A DNA stretch of 64,000 nucleotides, taken from Saprospiraceae bacterium. GTDB taxonomy: Bacteria > Bacteroidota > Bacteroidia > Chitinophagales > Saprospiraceae. The notes beneath the pieces were generated by a model that worked only from the letters and a program-made list of their open reading frames with translations, had not been told where the DNA came from and did not search any database. Both the position numbers and the translations under genes were made by a program. The stretch is taken from positions 23,759-87,758 of the forward strand of contig JADJWV010000003.1 of the NCBI GenBank assembly GCA_016716185.1, read 5' to 3'. Of this stretch, positions 19,641-28,323 are shown piece after piece. Each line of letters starts with the position of its first letter. The stretch's first letter is position 1.

Positions 19641-20051
19641 ATGAAAACTGCAGAAGTCGTTTACCTGGGAGAATTACGGACAGAAGCTACCCATCTCCGC
19701 AGCGGACAAAAAATTCAAACGGTTGCACCGCCCGACAATCAGGGAAAGGGAGACGCCTTTTCTCCAACGGATCTTGCGTCGACCTCTCTGGCTAGTTGTA
19801 TGATGACTATTATGGGAATAGCTGCCAGAACATACCAAATTGAAATCACCGGCATGAAAGCAGAAGTGCAGAAAATTATGGCGGACCAGCCACGAAGAAT
19901 AGCGGGAGTTGAGATCGATCTGTTTATGCCCGACATCCGGTATTCACAAAAAGAAAAAGCAATTCTGGAACATGCCGCACATGCCTGTCCTGTCGACCGG
20001 AGCCTCCATCCGGATTTAAACTCGGTCTTGCGCATTCATTGGAAGGATTGA
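19641..20051 (+). CDS. OsmC/Ohr-family protein
   Basis: 136 aa with two conserved Cys contexts (LASCMMT and AHACPV), typical of the OsmC family. Confidence 0.65.
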   Translation: MKTAEVVYLGELRTEATHLRSGQKIQTVAPPDNQGKGDAFSPTDLASTSLASCMMTIMGIAARTYQIEITGMKAEVQKIMADQPRRIAGVEIDLFMPDIRYSQKEKAILEHAAHACPVDRSLHPDLNSVLRIHWKD

Positions 20052-20059
20052 TTCCTGTT

Positions 20060-21256
20060 ATGGAATTCCCAACCATACTACTTCCCGCATCCAAAAGCAT
20101 TTCGAACCGCTTATTAATCATTCAGGCACTTGGTAATTTCAAAAACGTCTTGAAAAATTTGTCGGAATCTGATGACACAAATTTCCTCAAGAAAGCCTTG
20201 CATGATGTAAATGAAAGGATTCAAATCGGAGAAGGGGGAACCACGTTGCGATTTGTTCTGAGTTATTTTGCGATGATTGATCGCCGGGTAGTTCTCGAAG
20301 GAAAAGGATTGCTCCGGAACAGGCCGCTGAAGCCCTTGCTCCTCTTGCTTGAAAAAATGGATTGCACTTTTCGCTTTGAAAATGAAGAATATAAAATACC
20401 CCTGCGGATCGACAAGGGAATAGACAAGAATTATTCCGATCCGGTGCAAATGGAATCAGGCATCAGTAGCCAATTTGTTTCTTCAATCCTGCTCATCGCT
20501 CCTTATTTCAAGCACGGACTTCATCTCAGCTGGTCAGAAGATGGCGTTTCGGAACCATATATCCGGATGACTTTGAGCTTAATGAAAGAATTCGGGATCC
20601 AATGGAGTGCTACGTCACATGCAGTAAACGTAGAAGCGGGAAGTTACAAAGGTCATGATTATACGGTGGAAGCCGATTGGAGTGCAGCAGCTTTCCCTCT
20701 GGCCTGGATTGCGCTCTGCGATGAAGCCCATTGCTTTTTTCCCAATCTCAAAAGATCCGGTTTACAAGCCGATGAAAGAATACTCGATTTCTTAAAAGCT
20801 TTCGGTGTGGTTTCACGAGAAACGTCAGATGGGATAATGATCCATAAAACAAAAGCTTCCCTGCCTGCAGCAATTGAATTTGATTTCACCGAATGCCCGG
20901 ATCTCTTTCCAGCACTCAGCATTTTTTGCGCCCTTCAAAAAATAAATGCTCGATTCAAAGGCTTGCATCATTTGGTCCACAAAGAATCCAACCGCCTGCA
21001 AATTATCTCGGAATTCCTTACTCAATGCGGCGTTGAAATCCGCGAAATCGAATCCGATCGCGACTTGTATTTTAAAATGGAAACATTCCATTTAGATCAC
21101 CACATTGCTCTCGATAGTCACGGCGATCACCGTATCGCTATGGCATTCAGCCTTCTTTATAAACTAACACCCGTTCGCATCGCACCGGAAGTCGTAAGCA
21201 AATCTTTTCCGGCGTATTGGGAGGAATTTGAGAAATGGAGACGGATAGGAATGTAG
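20060..21256 (+). CDS. aroA: 3-phosphoshikimate 1-carboxyvinyltransferase (EPSP synthase)
   Basis: LPASKSISNRLLIIQAL at the N-terminus, ESNRL, and DHRIAMAFSLL near the C-terminus. The ORF is open from 20039; the ATG at 20060 is preferred. Confidence 0.88.
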   Translation: MEFPTILLPASKSISNRLLIIQALGNFKNVLKNLSESDDTNFLKKALHDVNERIQIGEGGTTLRFVLSYFAMIDRRVVLEGKGLLRNRPLKPLLLLLEKMDCTFRFENEEYKIPLRIDKGIDKNYSDPVQMESGISSQFVSSILLIAPYFKHGLHLSWSEDGVSEPYIRMTLSLMKEFGIQWSATSHAVNVEAGSYKGHDYTVEADWSAAAFPLAWIALCDEAHCFFPNLKRSGLQADERILDFLKAFGVVSRETSDGIMIHKTKASLPAAIEFDFTECPDLFPALSIFCALQKINARFKGLHHLVHKESNRLQIISEFLTQCGVEIREIESDRDLYFKMETFHLDHHIALDSHGDHRIAMAFSLLYKLTPVRIAPEVVSKSFPAYWEEFEKWRRIGM

Positions 21257-21402
21257 GCCTGGAGGAATGTAGGCCTGGAGGAATTTAGGCCTGGAGGAAT
21301 TTAGGCCTGGAGGAATTTAGGCCTGGAGGAATTTAGGCCTGGAGGAATTTAGGCCTGGAGGAATTTAGGCGTTTAGGCGTTTAGGCGTTTAGGCGTTTAG
21401 GA
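21248..21402. repeat. Compound tandem array: 16-bp unit GGAAT(G/T)TAGGCCTGGA x7, then 8-bp unit TTTAGGCG x~5
   Basis: Read directly. The first unit overlaps the last codons and stop of aroA (GGA ATG TAG). The array ends 3 nt before palindrome copy 3. Confidence 0.95.
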
Positions 21403-21405
21403 AAC

Positions 21406-21421
21406 TAACGTTTGTTAGTAA
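21406..21421. repeat. Palindrome ACTAACGTTTGTTAGT (copy 3)
   Basis: Read directly. Confidence 0.85.
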
Positions 21422-21488
21422 TATTTAATTTGCTGAATTATTTTTTTTCGCGCAATATTGTAAGCTCCACTTTACCCTATAATTTTAC

Positions 21489-21609
21489 CCCCCCCTACGG
21501 GGCTGAATTTGGTATTAATTAAATTTCTTAAATGCATATGCTATTCTCTTTGCTCAATCAATAAAAAGGCTGAAGGCGTAAGGCTGAAGGCGTAAGGCTG
21601 AAGGCGCAA
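21489..21609. repeat. Composite repeat: CCCCTACGGGGCTGAATTT hairpin unit, 28-nt core TATTCTCTTTGCTCAATCAATAAAAAGG, then 14-bp tandem GGCTGAAGGCG(T/C)AA x3
   Basis: The 28-nt core (21542-21569) reappears reverse-complemented at 26038-26064 (27 of 28 positions). The 14-bp array spans 21568-21609. Confidence 0.85.
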
Positions 21610-21805
21610 AGCCTAAGGTAGTCGCTAACCTTTGCTACGAAGGCTCAAAGGCTCAAAGTTTCACAAATCAGATCTTTTGAAATAAGAATTTACTCCCCTT
21701 ACAATTGACTTGCCCCCTATTTTTACTTTACAACGATCAAACAAACATTTATCAAACAAACAACTGACTGCTTGACTACGAACTGCCAACTGGGGACTGC
21801 CAACT

Positions 21806-22297
21806 CTATTTCATCGGTCTTCCTCGTCCCATTCGGTTATCTCTTCGCTCCTTAAGTTTGCGGAGGACTTCGTGATTGAATTCCTTTTCAGCTGGCTCGA
21901 GCTTAGCAAGCTTTTGTGCGGGCAGGATGGCTTTGAATTTTTCGTAATAGTTGCGTTTTAAATTCAGCTCTTTTTCCTGTACGGCCATTTGTTCTTCCAG
22001 TTCCTTTTCAGATTCTTCCTCCGATAAATTCCCTTTGCGTTGTTGCCGCTTTCTGTCCATTATATCCCTGCGCAATTCCATTCGCTTTTTGGAATATTCA
22101 TTGTAAACCGGCCAGAATTTTGCAGATTCCTCTGAAGTAAGGTCGAGTTCATTAGTAAGAAAGGCTACCCGCATAGATTCCATTTTCTCGATCATGCGTT
22201 CATTTCCTTTTCCCGGAGGGCCGGGTGGTGGACCATCTTGCGCCTGCAGACAAACAAAGCAGACAAACAAGGCCAGGAGTGTACTCCATTGTTTCAT
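21806..22297 (-). CDS. Periplasmic Spy/CpxP-like helical protein
   Basis: Signal peptide and a highly charged helical protein with LTNELDLTSEESAKFWPVYNEY. It sits downstream of an ECF sigma/anti-sigma pair, a common Bacteroidota triad. Confidence 0.5.
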   Translation of the reverse strand: MKQWSTLLALFVCFVCLQAQDGPPPGPPGKGNERMIEKMESMRVAFLTNELDLTSEESAKFWPVYNEYSKKRMELRRDIMDRKRQQRKGNLSEEESEKELEEQMAVQEKELNLKRNYYEKFKAILPAQKLAKLEPAEKEFNHEVLRKLKERRDNRMGRGRPMK

Positions 22298-22342
22298 AGA
22301 TTTCGATTTTATTTTTTAGTTCGATAAGTTAATTTATGGTGT

Positions 22343-22969
22343 TTATTCAAGGTATTCGATTAAAAGATCTTCCGTAGATTCATCCAGTTCCCCCATAACA
22401 TCAAGAACATCGAGATCTGTTTCTTCTATCAGTGAAGCAATGAGTTCCTGATCAAAATCATCGGCATAGGTAGTCACATATTCCAACAACTCCTCATCAG
22501 AACATTCTGCAAAGAATAACGTGGTACTTTCATTTTGCTGCGACCATTTTATTGCAAATAAACCTACTGCAGTGAACAAACATGCTGCTGCAGCATAATA
22601 CCAGAGCTTCTTCATTTGAATGACCCGAGTCGAAGTCTGGATGGTTTTGCGATTCAATCTCGATGATAAGCGATCGTAGAAGGACTCGAAATAATTCTCC
22701 GGAACTTTAAACCCATCGGAATCAGGCAAACACTTCAGTGCATCGATTTCAATTTTTTGCATAAGTTTTTCGGGAAGCGTTTCAAAATAACCTTGTGGAA
22801 CTCCAAATCCTTTAGAATCATTTGTATCAGTTCCACCGACACATTGCGCCAGGATCATAGGGCCTGCATTTTCGAAATAATCAGCAGGGACCTTAAATCC
22901 ATCTGCATTCTTCAGCGTGTTGCCAAAAGGCAAATCCGGATCTTCCCGATATTGATTTTGATTGTCCAT
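22343..22969 (-). CDS. Putative anti-sigma factor / membrane protein
   Basis: Lies 3 nt downstream of the ECF sigma gene and has a single central TM segment (LWYYAAAACLFTAVGLFAI). Assigned by position only. Confidence 0.5.
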   Translation of the reverse strand: MDNQNQYREDPDLPFGNTLKNADGFKVPADYFENAGPMILAQCVGGTDTNDSKGFGVPQGYFETLPEKLMQKIEIDALKCLPDSDGFKVPENYFESFYDRLSSRLNRKTIQTSTRVIQMKKLWYYAAAACLFTAVGLFAIKWSQQNESTTLFFAECSDEELLEYVTTYADDFDQELIASLIEETDLDVLDVMGELDESTEDLLIEYLE

Positions 22970-22972
22970 TTT

Positions 22973-23542
22973 TTATATTAATTCCAATGATTTAAAATAT
23001 TCTTCAATTTTCTTGACTGCGTGATGATAAGATGCCTTCAATGCTCCTTCTGAAGTGTTCAGAATTTCCGACATTTCCTTGTACGACATCTCATCGTGGT
23101 ATCGGAGTAAAAACACCTGTTTTTGTTTATCCGGAAGCCTTACCAAAGCCTCCTGCAGCCGCATTTGAATTTCATTTCCTTCAAAATAAGGGTCTGCAGC
23201 CAACTGTGCTATCGCCGGGTGTTCGCTTTGCTCATCCACCCCGTCATACTGATACCTTTTGTTTTTATCCAAAAAGCTCAGACACTCATTGGTGGCTATC
23301 CGGTATAACCAGGTAAACAAACTGCTCTTGCCTTCGAACTGGTGTATACTTTTATACACCTTGACAAATGTATTTTGCAATACGTCGTCGGCATCTTCGT
23401 GAACCAGCACCATCCTCCGGATATGCCAATACAATTTTTGCTGGTATTTTTCAACCAAAGCCCGAAAACCCTTTTCCAGAGTTAATTCCCCGGCTATCCA
23501 TTCCAGAATGATCCGGTCATCCGTATTTTTTAATCCCGCCAT
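22973..23542 (-). CDS. ECF-type RNA polymerase sigma factor
   Basis: Region 2 (DADDVLQNTFVKVYKSI ... LFTWLYRIATNECL) and region 4 (SYKEMSEILNTSEGALKASYHHAVKKI). Confidence 0.85.
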   Translation of the reverse strand: MAGLKNTDDRIILEWIAGELTLEKGFRALVEKYQQKLYWHIRRMVLVHEDADDVLQNTFVKVYKSIHQFEGKSSLFTWLYRIATNECLSFLDKNKRYQYDGVDEQSEHPAIAQLAADPYFEGNEIQMRLQEALVRLPDKQKQVFLLRYHDEMSYKEMSEILNTSEGALKASYHHAVKKIEEYFKSLELI

Positions 23543-23847
23543 CGTTTTTAAGACTGTTTTAATCTTCTAAAGTTTAACGAAATAAGCTGATTTCTCATAT
23601 TCTTTTCAGGTTTTTGACCATAAAACAGCCCAATTGATCCATAAATATTGATTTGATCGAAAAATTAGCTGATTTGGCTGAAAAGTAGTTTTGAAATCAG
23701 GAAGCCAGTTTACAGAAATTGAATTAAAGAGTAGATTCGGCTAACTGGATTTGGCTCAGCTTGTGTCTTTTACCTATGTTAAAGCCCAATATTCAATGCT
23801 TTTTATGAATCAGTTGTGTTTGATTCAATACGAGCCAATAATTTTGC

Positions 23848-24414
23848 ATGTTAATTATCCATATGCAAAAAATCAGTCAATGGATTTTAAAGCTATTCGG
23901 CTGGCGATACGAAGGAGCCGAAACACTGAGAAAACTGGATCAGTTTGTCGTTGCAATCGGACCACATACATCCAACTGGGATTTTCCACTCGGGCTGCTG
24001 GTCAGATGGGCTGGCGGGTTGCAAAAAATAAGGTATGTCGGAAAGGACAGCCTATTTAAACCCCCTTTTGGTTGGATATTCAGGGCATTAGGGGGCATTC
24101 CTGTGGTTCGTTCTCAAAGCAAAAACCAGGTTGAAATGTATATCGAGCTTTTTAAAGCTCATCCGGTATTTGCAATCGTGATCGCTCCGGAAGGAACCCG
24201 CAAAAAGACCGATCAACTCAAAACCGGATATTATTTCATTGCAAAAGGTGCCCGGGTACCCATAGTTCCTGCCACCATTGATTACAAATCCAGGACAGTT
24301 TGCTTTCACCAGCCCTTCCTGGCCACCGAAAATGCAGAAAAAGATATGCTGGAGGTCGCCAGATACATTGCCTCCGTTCAGGGAAAATATCCTGAAAACA
24401 GTTACAAATTGTAA
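23848..24414 (+). CDS. Lysophospholipid (1-acyl-sn-glycerol-3-phosphate) acyltransferase family protein
   Basis: HxxxxD motif HTSNWD and APEGTR motif. An alternative start at 23863 (MQKISQW) is possible. Confidence 0.7.
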   Translation: MLIIHMQKISQWILKLFGWRYEGAETLRKLDQFVVAIGPHTSNWDFPLGLLVRWAGGLQKIRYVGKDSLFKPPFGWIFRALGGIPVVRSQSKNQVEMYIELFKAHPVFAIVIAPEGTRKKTDQLKTGYYFIAKGARVPIVPATIDYKSRTVCFHQPFLATENAEKDMLEVARYIASVQGKYPENSYKL

Positions 24415-24529
24415 ACTTCTGCGTTACCCATTTAACCTTTTGTTAAATCGTCAGTCATAAATAGCAACTAACTTTGCCAAGCGATGCAGCCTATGAAAAA
24501 AATGATCTACTTGATTTTCCTGCTTTCTT

Positions 24530-25336
24530 TTGTCGGTTTGGTCACCATGTCAAATCAAAAAGGCAGGGGGTTCTGAAGGTGCCAAAGGAAGTACTGGGGC
24601 ACCAGGAGACGATGACACCGTTTGTAAGTCTTGCCACAATGGCCCGATTAATGTCGAAGTGAAAATTCACATTCTGGACGGACTTGATACCATTCAGGAA
24701 TACGAACCCAGTAAAAGTTATTCCATCCATGTTCGGGTCAATAAAACCGGTGGTAACGACCCTAAAGCTTATGGATTCCAAATGACTTTGTTGAATGCTG
24801 CTGAAAAAGTAAACGGACCTAATTTGAAGGAGATCAGTCCCATCAGTTCTAATGTAAAGCTCATCACCCTAAGAACTGGTCGACTGTATGCTGAACATGT
24901 TGACCGGAGTGAAAAAAATTTATTTGAAATACAGTGGACGGCTCCTGTTAAAGGTTCAGGTCCCGTAACCATTTATGCCGGTGGTACCGGAGTGAATTCG
25001 AATGGTTCGGATAGCGGCGATGGAGGAAACAAAGTAGCCCTGCAGGTCAATGAAAAAACTGCCACCGGAACAGTACAATCAGGATTTAATGTTGCAAAAG
25101 TTTTCCCTAATCCATTTCACGATAAAGTACACATTGAGAGAAACAGCCAGGAAGTTGTGGTTTATGAACTCTTCGATTTCTTAGGAAAAAGGATAGAGGC
25201 CGGTCAGTTTAATTCCAAGCTGGAGACTTTGGATTTATCAGAGCAGAAAGATGGAATTTATTTCCTGAAATTTCTGGATCTGCATTCACGCGTAATTAAA
25301 ACGCAAAAACTCATTAAAAGGAATACAAGGACCTGA
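24530..25336 (+). CDS. Secreted T9SS-CTD protein with a CxxCH motif; N-terminal signal peptide is in another frame (24493-24576)
   Basis: C-terminal FPNPFHDKVHIE ... GIYFLKF sorting domain and CKSCH at 24623-24637. A signal peptide MKKMIYLIFLLSFVGLV is encoded from the ATG at 24493 in frame +1 and would join if the A5 run at 24557-24561 were A4. Confidence 0.65.
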   Translation: MSVWSPCQIKKAGGSEGAKGSTGAPGDDDTVCKSCHNGPINVEVKIHILDGLDTIQEYEPSKSYSIHVRVNKTGGNDPKAYGFQMTLLNAAEKVNGPNLKEISPISSNVKLITLRTGRLYAEHVDRSEKNLFEIQWTAPVKGSGPVTIYAGGTGVNSNGSDSGDGGNKVALQVNEKTATGTVQSGFNVAKVFPNPFHDKVHIERNSQEVVVYELFDFLGKRIEAGQFNSKLETLDLSEQKDGIYFLKFLDLHSRVIKTQKLIKRNTRT

Positions 25337-25437
25337 TCGTTTGAATTGAATTCGCAGTCGCTAAATTGTAGATAAAATTATTTTCTCTGCAACTCTTTTT
25401 GGTATGGATTTAATTTAGAGTATCTTCAGAACATTTT

Positions 25438-25740
25438 ATGAGCGATTCATTTCTGCCGGAATACAACGAACGTTTTTTAGAAGAGCTGGATCTTGAAAAA
25501 CACTGGCTGGAATCCATTGAAGGAAGGGTAAATGAATTATTAGAGACCGATCCGGGACTATTATTCAGCCATTTATACCGGCTGGATGTGGAGGAGCATA
25601 TTTTAGCGAATCTGATCAAATTTTGTTCGGCAGATTCCCTTCCAAAAGCCATCAGCGAAGAGATCTGGAAACGACAAAAGGCGCGGGCAATCAGTCGCAG
25701 AGATCATCCCCAAAATCTGATATTGGATTCGGACTTTTAA
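25438..25740 (+). CDS. Hypothetical 100-aa acidic protein
   Basis: Intact ORF with coding-like composition. No recognisable motif. Confidence 0.4.
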   Translation: MSDSFLPEYNERFLEELDLEKHWLESIEGRVNELLETDPGLLFSHLYRLDVEEHILANLIKFCSADSLPKAISEEIWKRQKARAISRRDHPQNLILDSDF

Positions 25741-25861
25741 GAGAGGCCTAAGACTAAAGGCTTAAGGCAAAAAAATATGGAAGATGGATGGTGGAGTATA
25801 CAGGATGGCGAATATAGAATAGAGAATAGTTTATAAAATTTAATAGTCAAAAAGTCAAAAT

Positions 25862-25916
25862 CCCGATAAAATTGCATAATATTTTAGTAAAGAAATAATT
25901 CCCTTTATTTTATCGG
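25862..25916 (-). repeat. Hairpin element, copy B (CCCGATAAAAT ... ATTTTATCGG), inverted orientation
   Basis: The reverse complement of the loop (GGAATTATTTCTTTACTAAAATATTATGCAATTTT) aligns with copy C. Confidence 0.65.
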
Positions 25917-25959
25917 TAAAAAAAAGTCCAACATCCCCCCTTTTCAAAATCTAACGTTC

Positions 25960-25973
25960 GTTAGTAACCTTGA
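25960..25973. repeat. Palindrome CTAACGTTCGTTAG (copy 4)
   Basis: Read directly. A degenerate fifth version, ACTAACAAATGTTCGTTAAC, lies at 26215-26234. Confidence 0.8.
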
Positions 25974-26015
25974 ACTTCCAGCTTTATGCTTCAGGCTTTA
26001 AGCTCTATTTCTTCC

Positions 26016-26064
26016 GCCTTAAGCCTTAAGCCTTAAGCCTTTTTATTGATTGAGCAAAGAGAAT
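26016..26064. repeat. Heptamer array GCCTTAA x3.5 followed by an inverted copy of the 28-nt core seen at 21542-21569
   Basis: CCTTTTTATTGATTGAGCAAAGAGAAT is the reverse complement of TATTCTCTTTGCTCAATCAATAAAAAGG minus one base. Confidence 0.85.
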
Positions 26065-26247
26065 GAAAATGATGTTAAAATGACTCAAGAAACTGACTTT
26101 TAATCCAGATAGGAAGATCAATTAATGAAATCTCAAAGTTACTTGAAATCGGGACTGAATTCTGGCTGCTAAATACGGGATGCAGTGTGTATGGAGCAAT
26201 TTAAGTGGGTGATAACTAACAAATGTTCGTTAACCAAAATCCAATAT

Positions 26248-26454
26248 CTGAGAACTGCAAACTGAGAACTGCAAACTGAGAACTGCAAACTGAGAACTGC
26301 AAACTGAGAACTGCAAACTGAGAACTGCAAACTGAGAACTGCAAACTGAGAAACTGCAAACTGAGAACTGCAAACTGAGAACTGCAAACTGAGAACTGCA
26401 AACTGAGAACTGCAAACTGAGAAACTGCAAACTGAGAACTGCAAACTGAGAACT
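26248..26454. repeat. Tandem 14-bp minisatellite CTGAGAACTGCAAA, ~14.5 copies, two of them 15 bp (extra A)
   Basis: Read directly. It ends 1 nt from the stop codon of the minus-strand CDS at 26456. ORFs 26169..26444, 26216..26401 and 26230..26430 are translation artefacts of the array. Confidence 0.95.
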
Positions 26455-26455
26455 C

Positions 26456-27394
26456 CTAATCTCTATTCCCCTGATACCAATTTCTCAAAACCGCTTCTGC
26501 CTTTTTTCCCTGGGGAGTGTAATCTTTTTCCGGAAAACCTTCATGTCCTTTTCCTTCCGGAAACCATTTCCATAAAAATCCACCTGCCCACCAGGGTTTT
26601 TCCCATAAACTGGAGAACAAAGCCTGATAAGCGTTTGCTTGCACCATTTCATTGACAGGGATGGATTGCATAATTTTTTCGACTTCCCAGGTTTTACCGG
26701 CACTTCCATCGACACTCAGGTATCCAAATTCCGTAAATAAAATTGGTTTCTGAATCTTTTCGGAAAAATCTTCAAGCAATTTCAGATAAGGGTCCCATGC
26801 CTGTTTTAGATCCGCTAAACCGGGATTCCTGCCTTCCGATAAAGGAAAATAAGCACTGATTCCAACATAATCCAATGCATCCCAAAAAGGTATATTCTGA
26901 AATTGATCCCAATTGGCACTGTAGACCAACTTACCCTGGTAAATTTTCCGGATCTCAATTATCAGATTTCTGAAAAATGTTTCTCTTTTGATTGCCGCTT
27001 TATCGTATTCCGTAGCGATGCACAGAAGTGGTACATTTTCATCTTTGGCCATTCGCACGTACATCATCAGGTATTCGGTATAACTCTTCTCCCAGACCTG
27101 CCATTCATTTTCAGTTTGAAAATCAATGGCACCAACCCAGGATCCATGAATATAGACTTGCGGTTTGAGCATGATATGGATCCCCGACTTTTTGGCCAGA
27201 CGTATGCATTGCCTGATACCTTCGGGCTTTTCTCCCCACCATTGCCAGTGAAGGTTTGCAAAGCGGACTTCAGGATGATGCTGGGACGAGAACCCGTACG
27301 GAATAAAACTGACCCAATTCGCACCAACGCTTTTTACATCGATCATCGGATCTGTTGTAAACGGATCGGGAGGGCAACAAAATTTAATCCGCAA
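26456..27394 (-). CDS. TIM-barrel glycoside hydrolase (clan GH-A-like); N-terminal signal anchor is in another frame up to ~27486
   Basis: Candidate acid/base ATEYDK and nucleophile LFTEFGY motifs, with WW/W-rich barrel strands. The upstream frame encodes (L/M)KLIYLSVSFLVFLFLIWHW...NERICGLNFVA. It would join PPDPFTT if the C3 run (plus-strand GGG 27372-27374) were C4. Confidence 0.6.
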   Translation of the reverse strand: MRIKFCCPPDPFTTDPMIDVKSVGANWVSFIPYGFSSQHHPEVRFANLHWQWWGEKPEGIRQCIRLAKKSGIHIMLKPQVYIHGSWVGAIDFQTENEWQVWEKSYTEYLMMYVRMAKDENVPLLCIATEYDKAAIKRETFFRNLIIEIRKIYQGKLVYSANWDQFQNIPFWDALDYVGISAYFPLSEGRNPGLADLKQAWDPYLKLLEDFSEKIQKPILFTEFGYLSVDGSAGKTWEVEKIMQSIPVNEMVQANAYQALFSSLWEKPWWAGGFLWKWFPEGKGHEGFPEKDYTPQGKKAEAVLRNWYQGNRD

Positions 27395-27580
27395 ATTCTT
27401 TCATTTGAGGGATTATAATGGAATTTCCAATGCCAAATCAGGAACAGAAACACCAGAAAACTAACTGAGAGATAAATTAATTTCAAATAAAATGTACTTT
27501 CACGTTAAGGTAATAAAGATATTCATCAACTTTAAATTGTTGTATTGAGCATTCCAAATTAAATCCTTTATTCACATTTA

Positions 27581-28189
27581 ATGCAAATTCCTAAAGAATA
27601 CTATTTGAATAGCGATGTTGTTTTTCTAGCACAGGATATATTGGGAAAAGTGCTGGTATTTAATCGTCAAGGCATTCGCCATTCCGGTATAATAATAGAG
27701 GCAGAAGCTTATCGCGCTCCTGAAGATAGAGCTTCACATGCCTTTGGCAACAGACTTACCGAACGCACGAAAACCATGTTTTATGAGGGCGGACACGCAT
27801 ATATCTATGTTTGTTACGGGATCCATGAGATGTTTAATATTGTTACGGGACCAGAAGGGCTCCCACATGCCATTTTGATTCGGGCATTGGAACCACTTGA
27901 AGGAATTCAGGAAATGCTGAGAAACAGGAATATGCCGGAAATTCTATCCAGGATCACCAAAGGTCCCGGATCGCTGACACAGGCTTTGGGAATCGACCGG
28001 AATTACAATGCCTGTAAGTTATATCATCCGGATAGTCCATTGCAAATACACGATCAAGGAATCTCCTATACGCCTCAACAAATTGGAAACTCTAAACGCA
28101 TTGGGGTTGAATCTGCAGGAGATGCAGCTGAATGGTTATATCGATTCTATGTAAAAGGAAACCGTTTTGTAAGTGGTAAAAAATTATAG
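27581..28189 (+). CDS. mpg: DNA-3-methyladenine glycosylase (AAG/Mpg family)
   Basis: LLGKVLV ... IIEAEAYRAPEDRASHAFGNRLTERTKTMF ... YIYVCYGIHEMFNIV matches the AAG family pattern. 202 aa. Confidence 0.85.
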   Translation: MQIPKEYYLNSDVVFLAQDILGKVLVFNRQGIRHSGIIIEAEAYRAPEDRASHAFGNRLTERTKTMFYEGGHAYIYVCYGIHEMFNIVTGPEGLPHAILIRALEPLEGIQEMLRNRNMPEILSRITKGPGSLTQALGIDRNYNACKLYHPDSPLQIHDQGISYTPQQIGNSKRIGVESAGDAAEWLYRFYVKGNRFVSGKKL

Positions 28190-28323
28190 TTTGTTCCAAT
28201 ATACCGCAAACCGATTGTAATAATTTTAATAACAAATGTGACGGTGGAATACCCATTTATATTTATAAAAAGTATTTGCCAAACCAGGAACCTTAACTTA
28301 GAGTTCCACTGGGAAGCAGGACC

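Noticed and set aside
21806-23542. First ECF sigma / anti-sigma / Spy-like triad as a novel system
   Set aside because: This three-gene arrangement is common in Bacteroidota envelope-stress loci. Nothing unusual was seen beyond the flanking repeats.
23751-24059. 102-aa ORF upstream of and overlapping the acyltransferase gene
   Set aside because: It is out of frame with a gene carrying clear HxxxxD and PEGTR motifs, and it has no features of its own.
26169-26444. Three overlapping minus-strand ORFs (61-91 aa) rich in SQFAVLSLQFSVCS
   Set aside because: All three are read-throughs of the 14-bp minisatellite in different frames, so they are translation artefacts.
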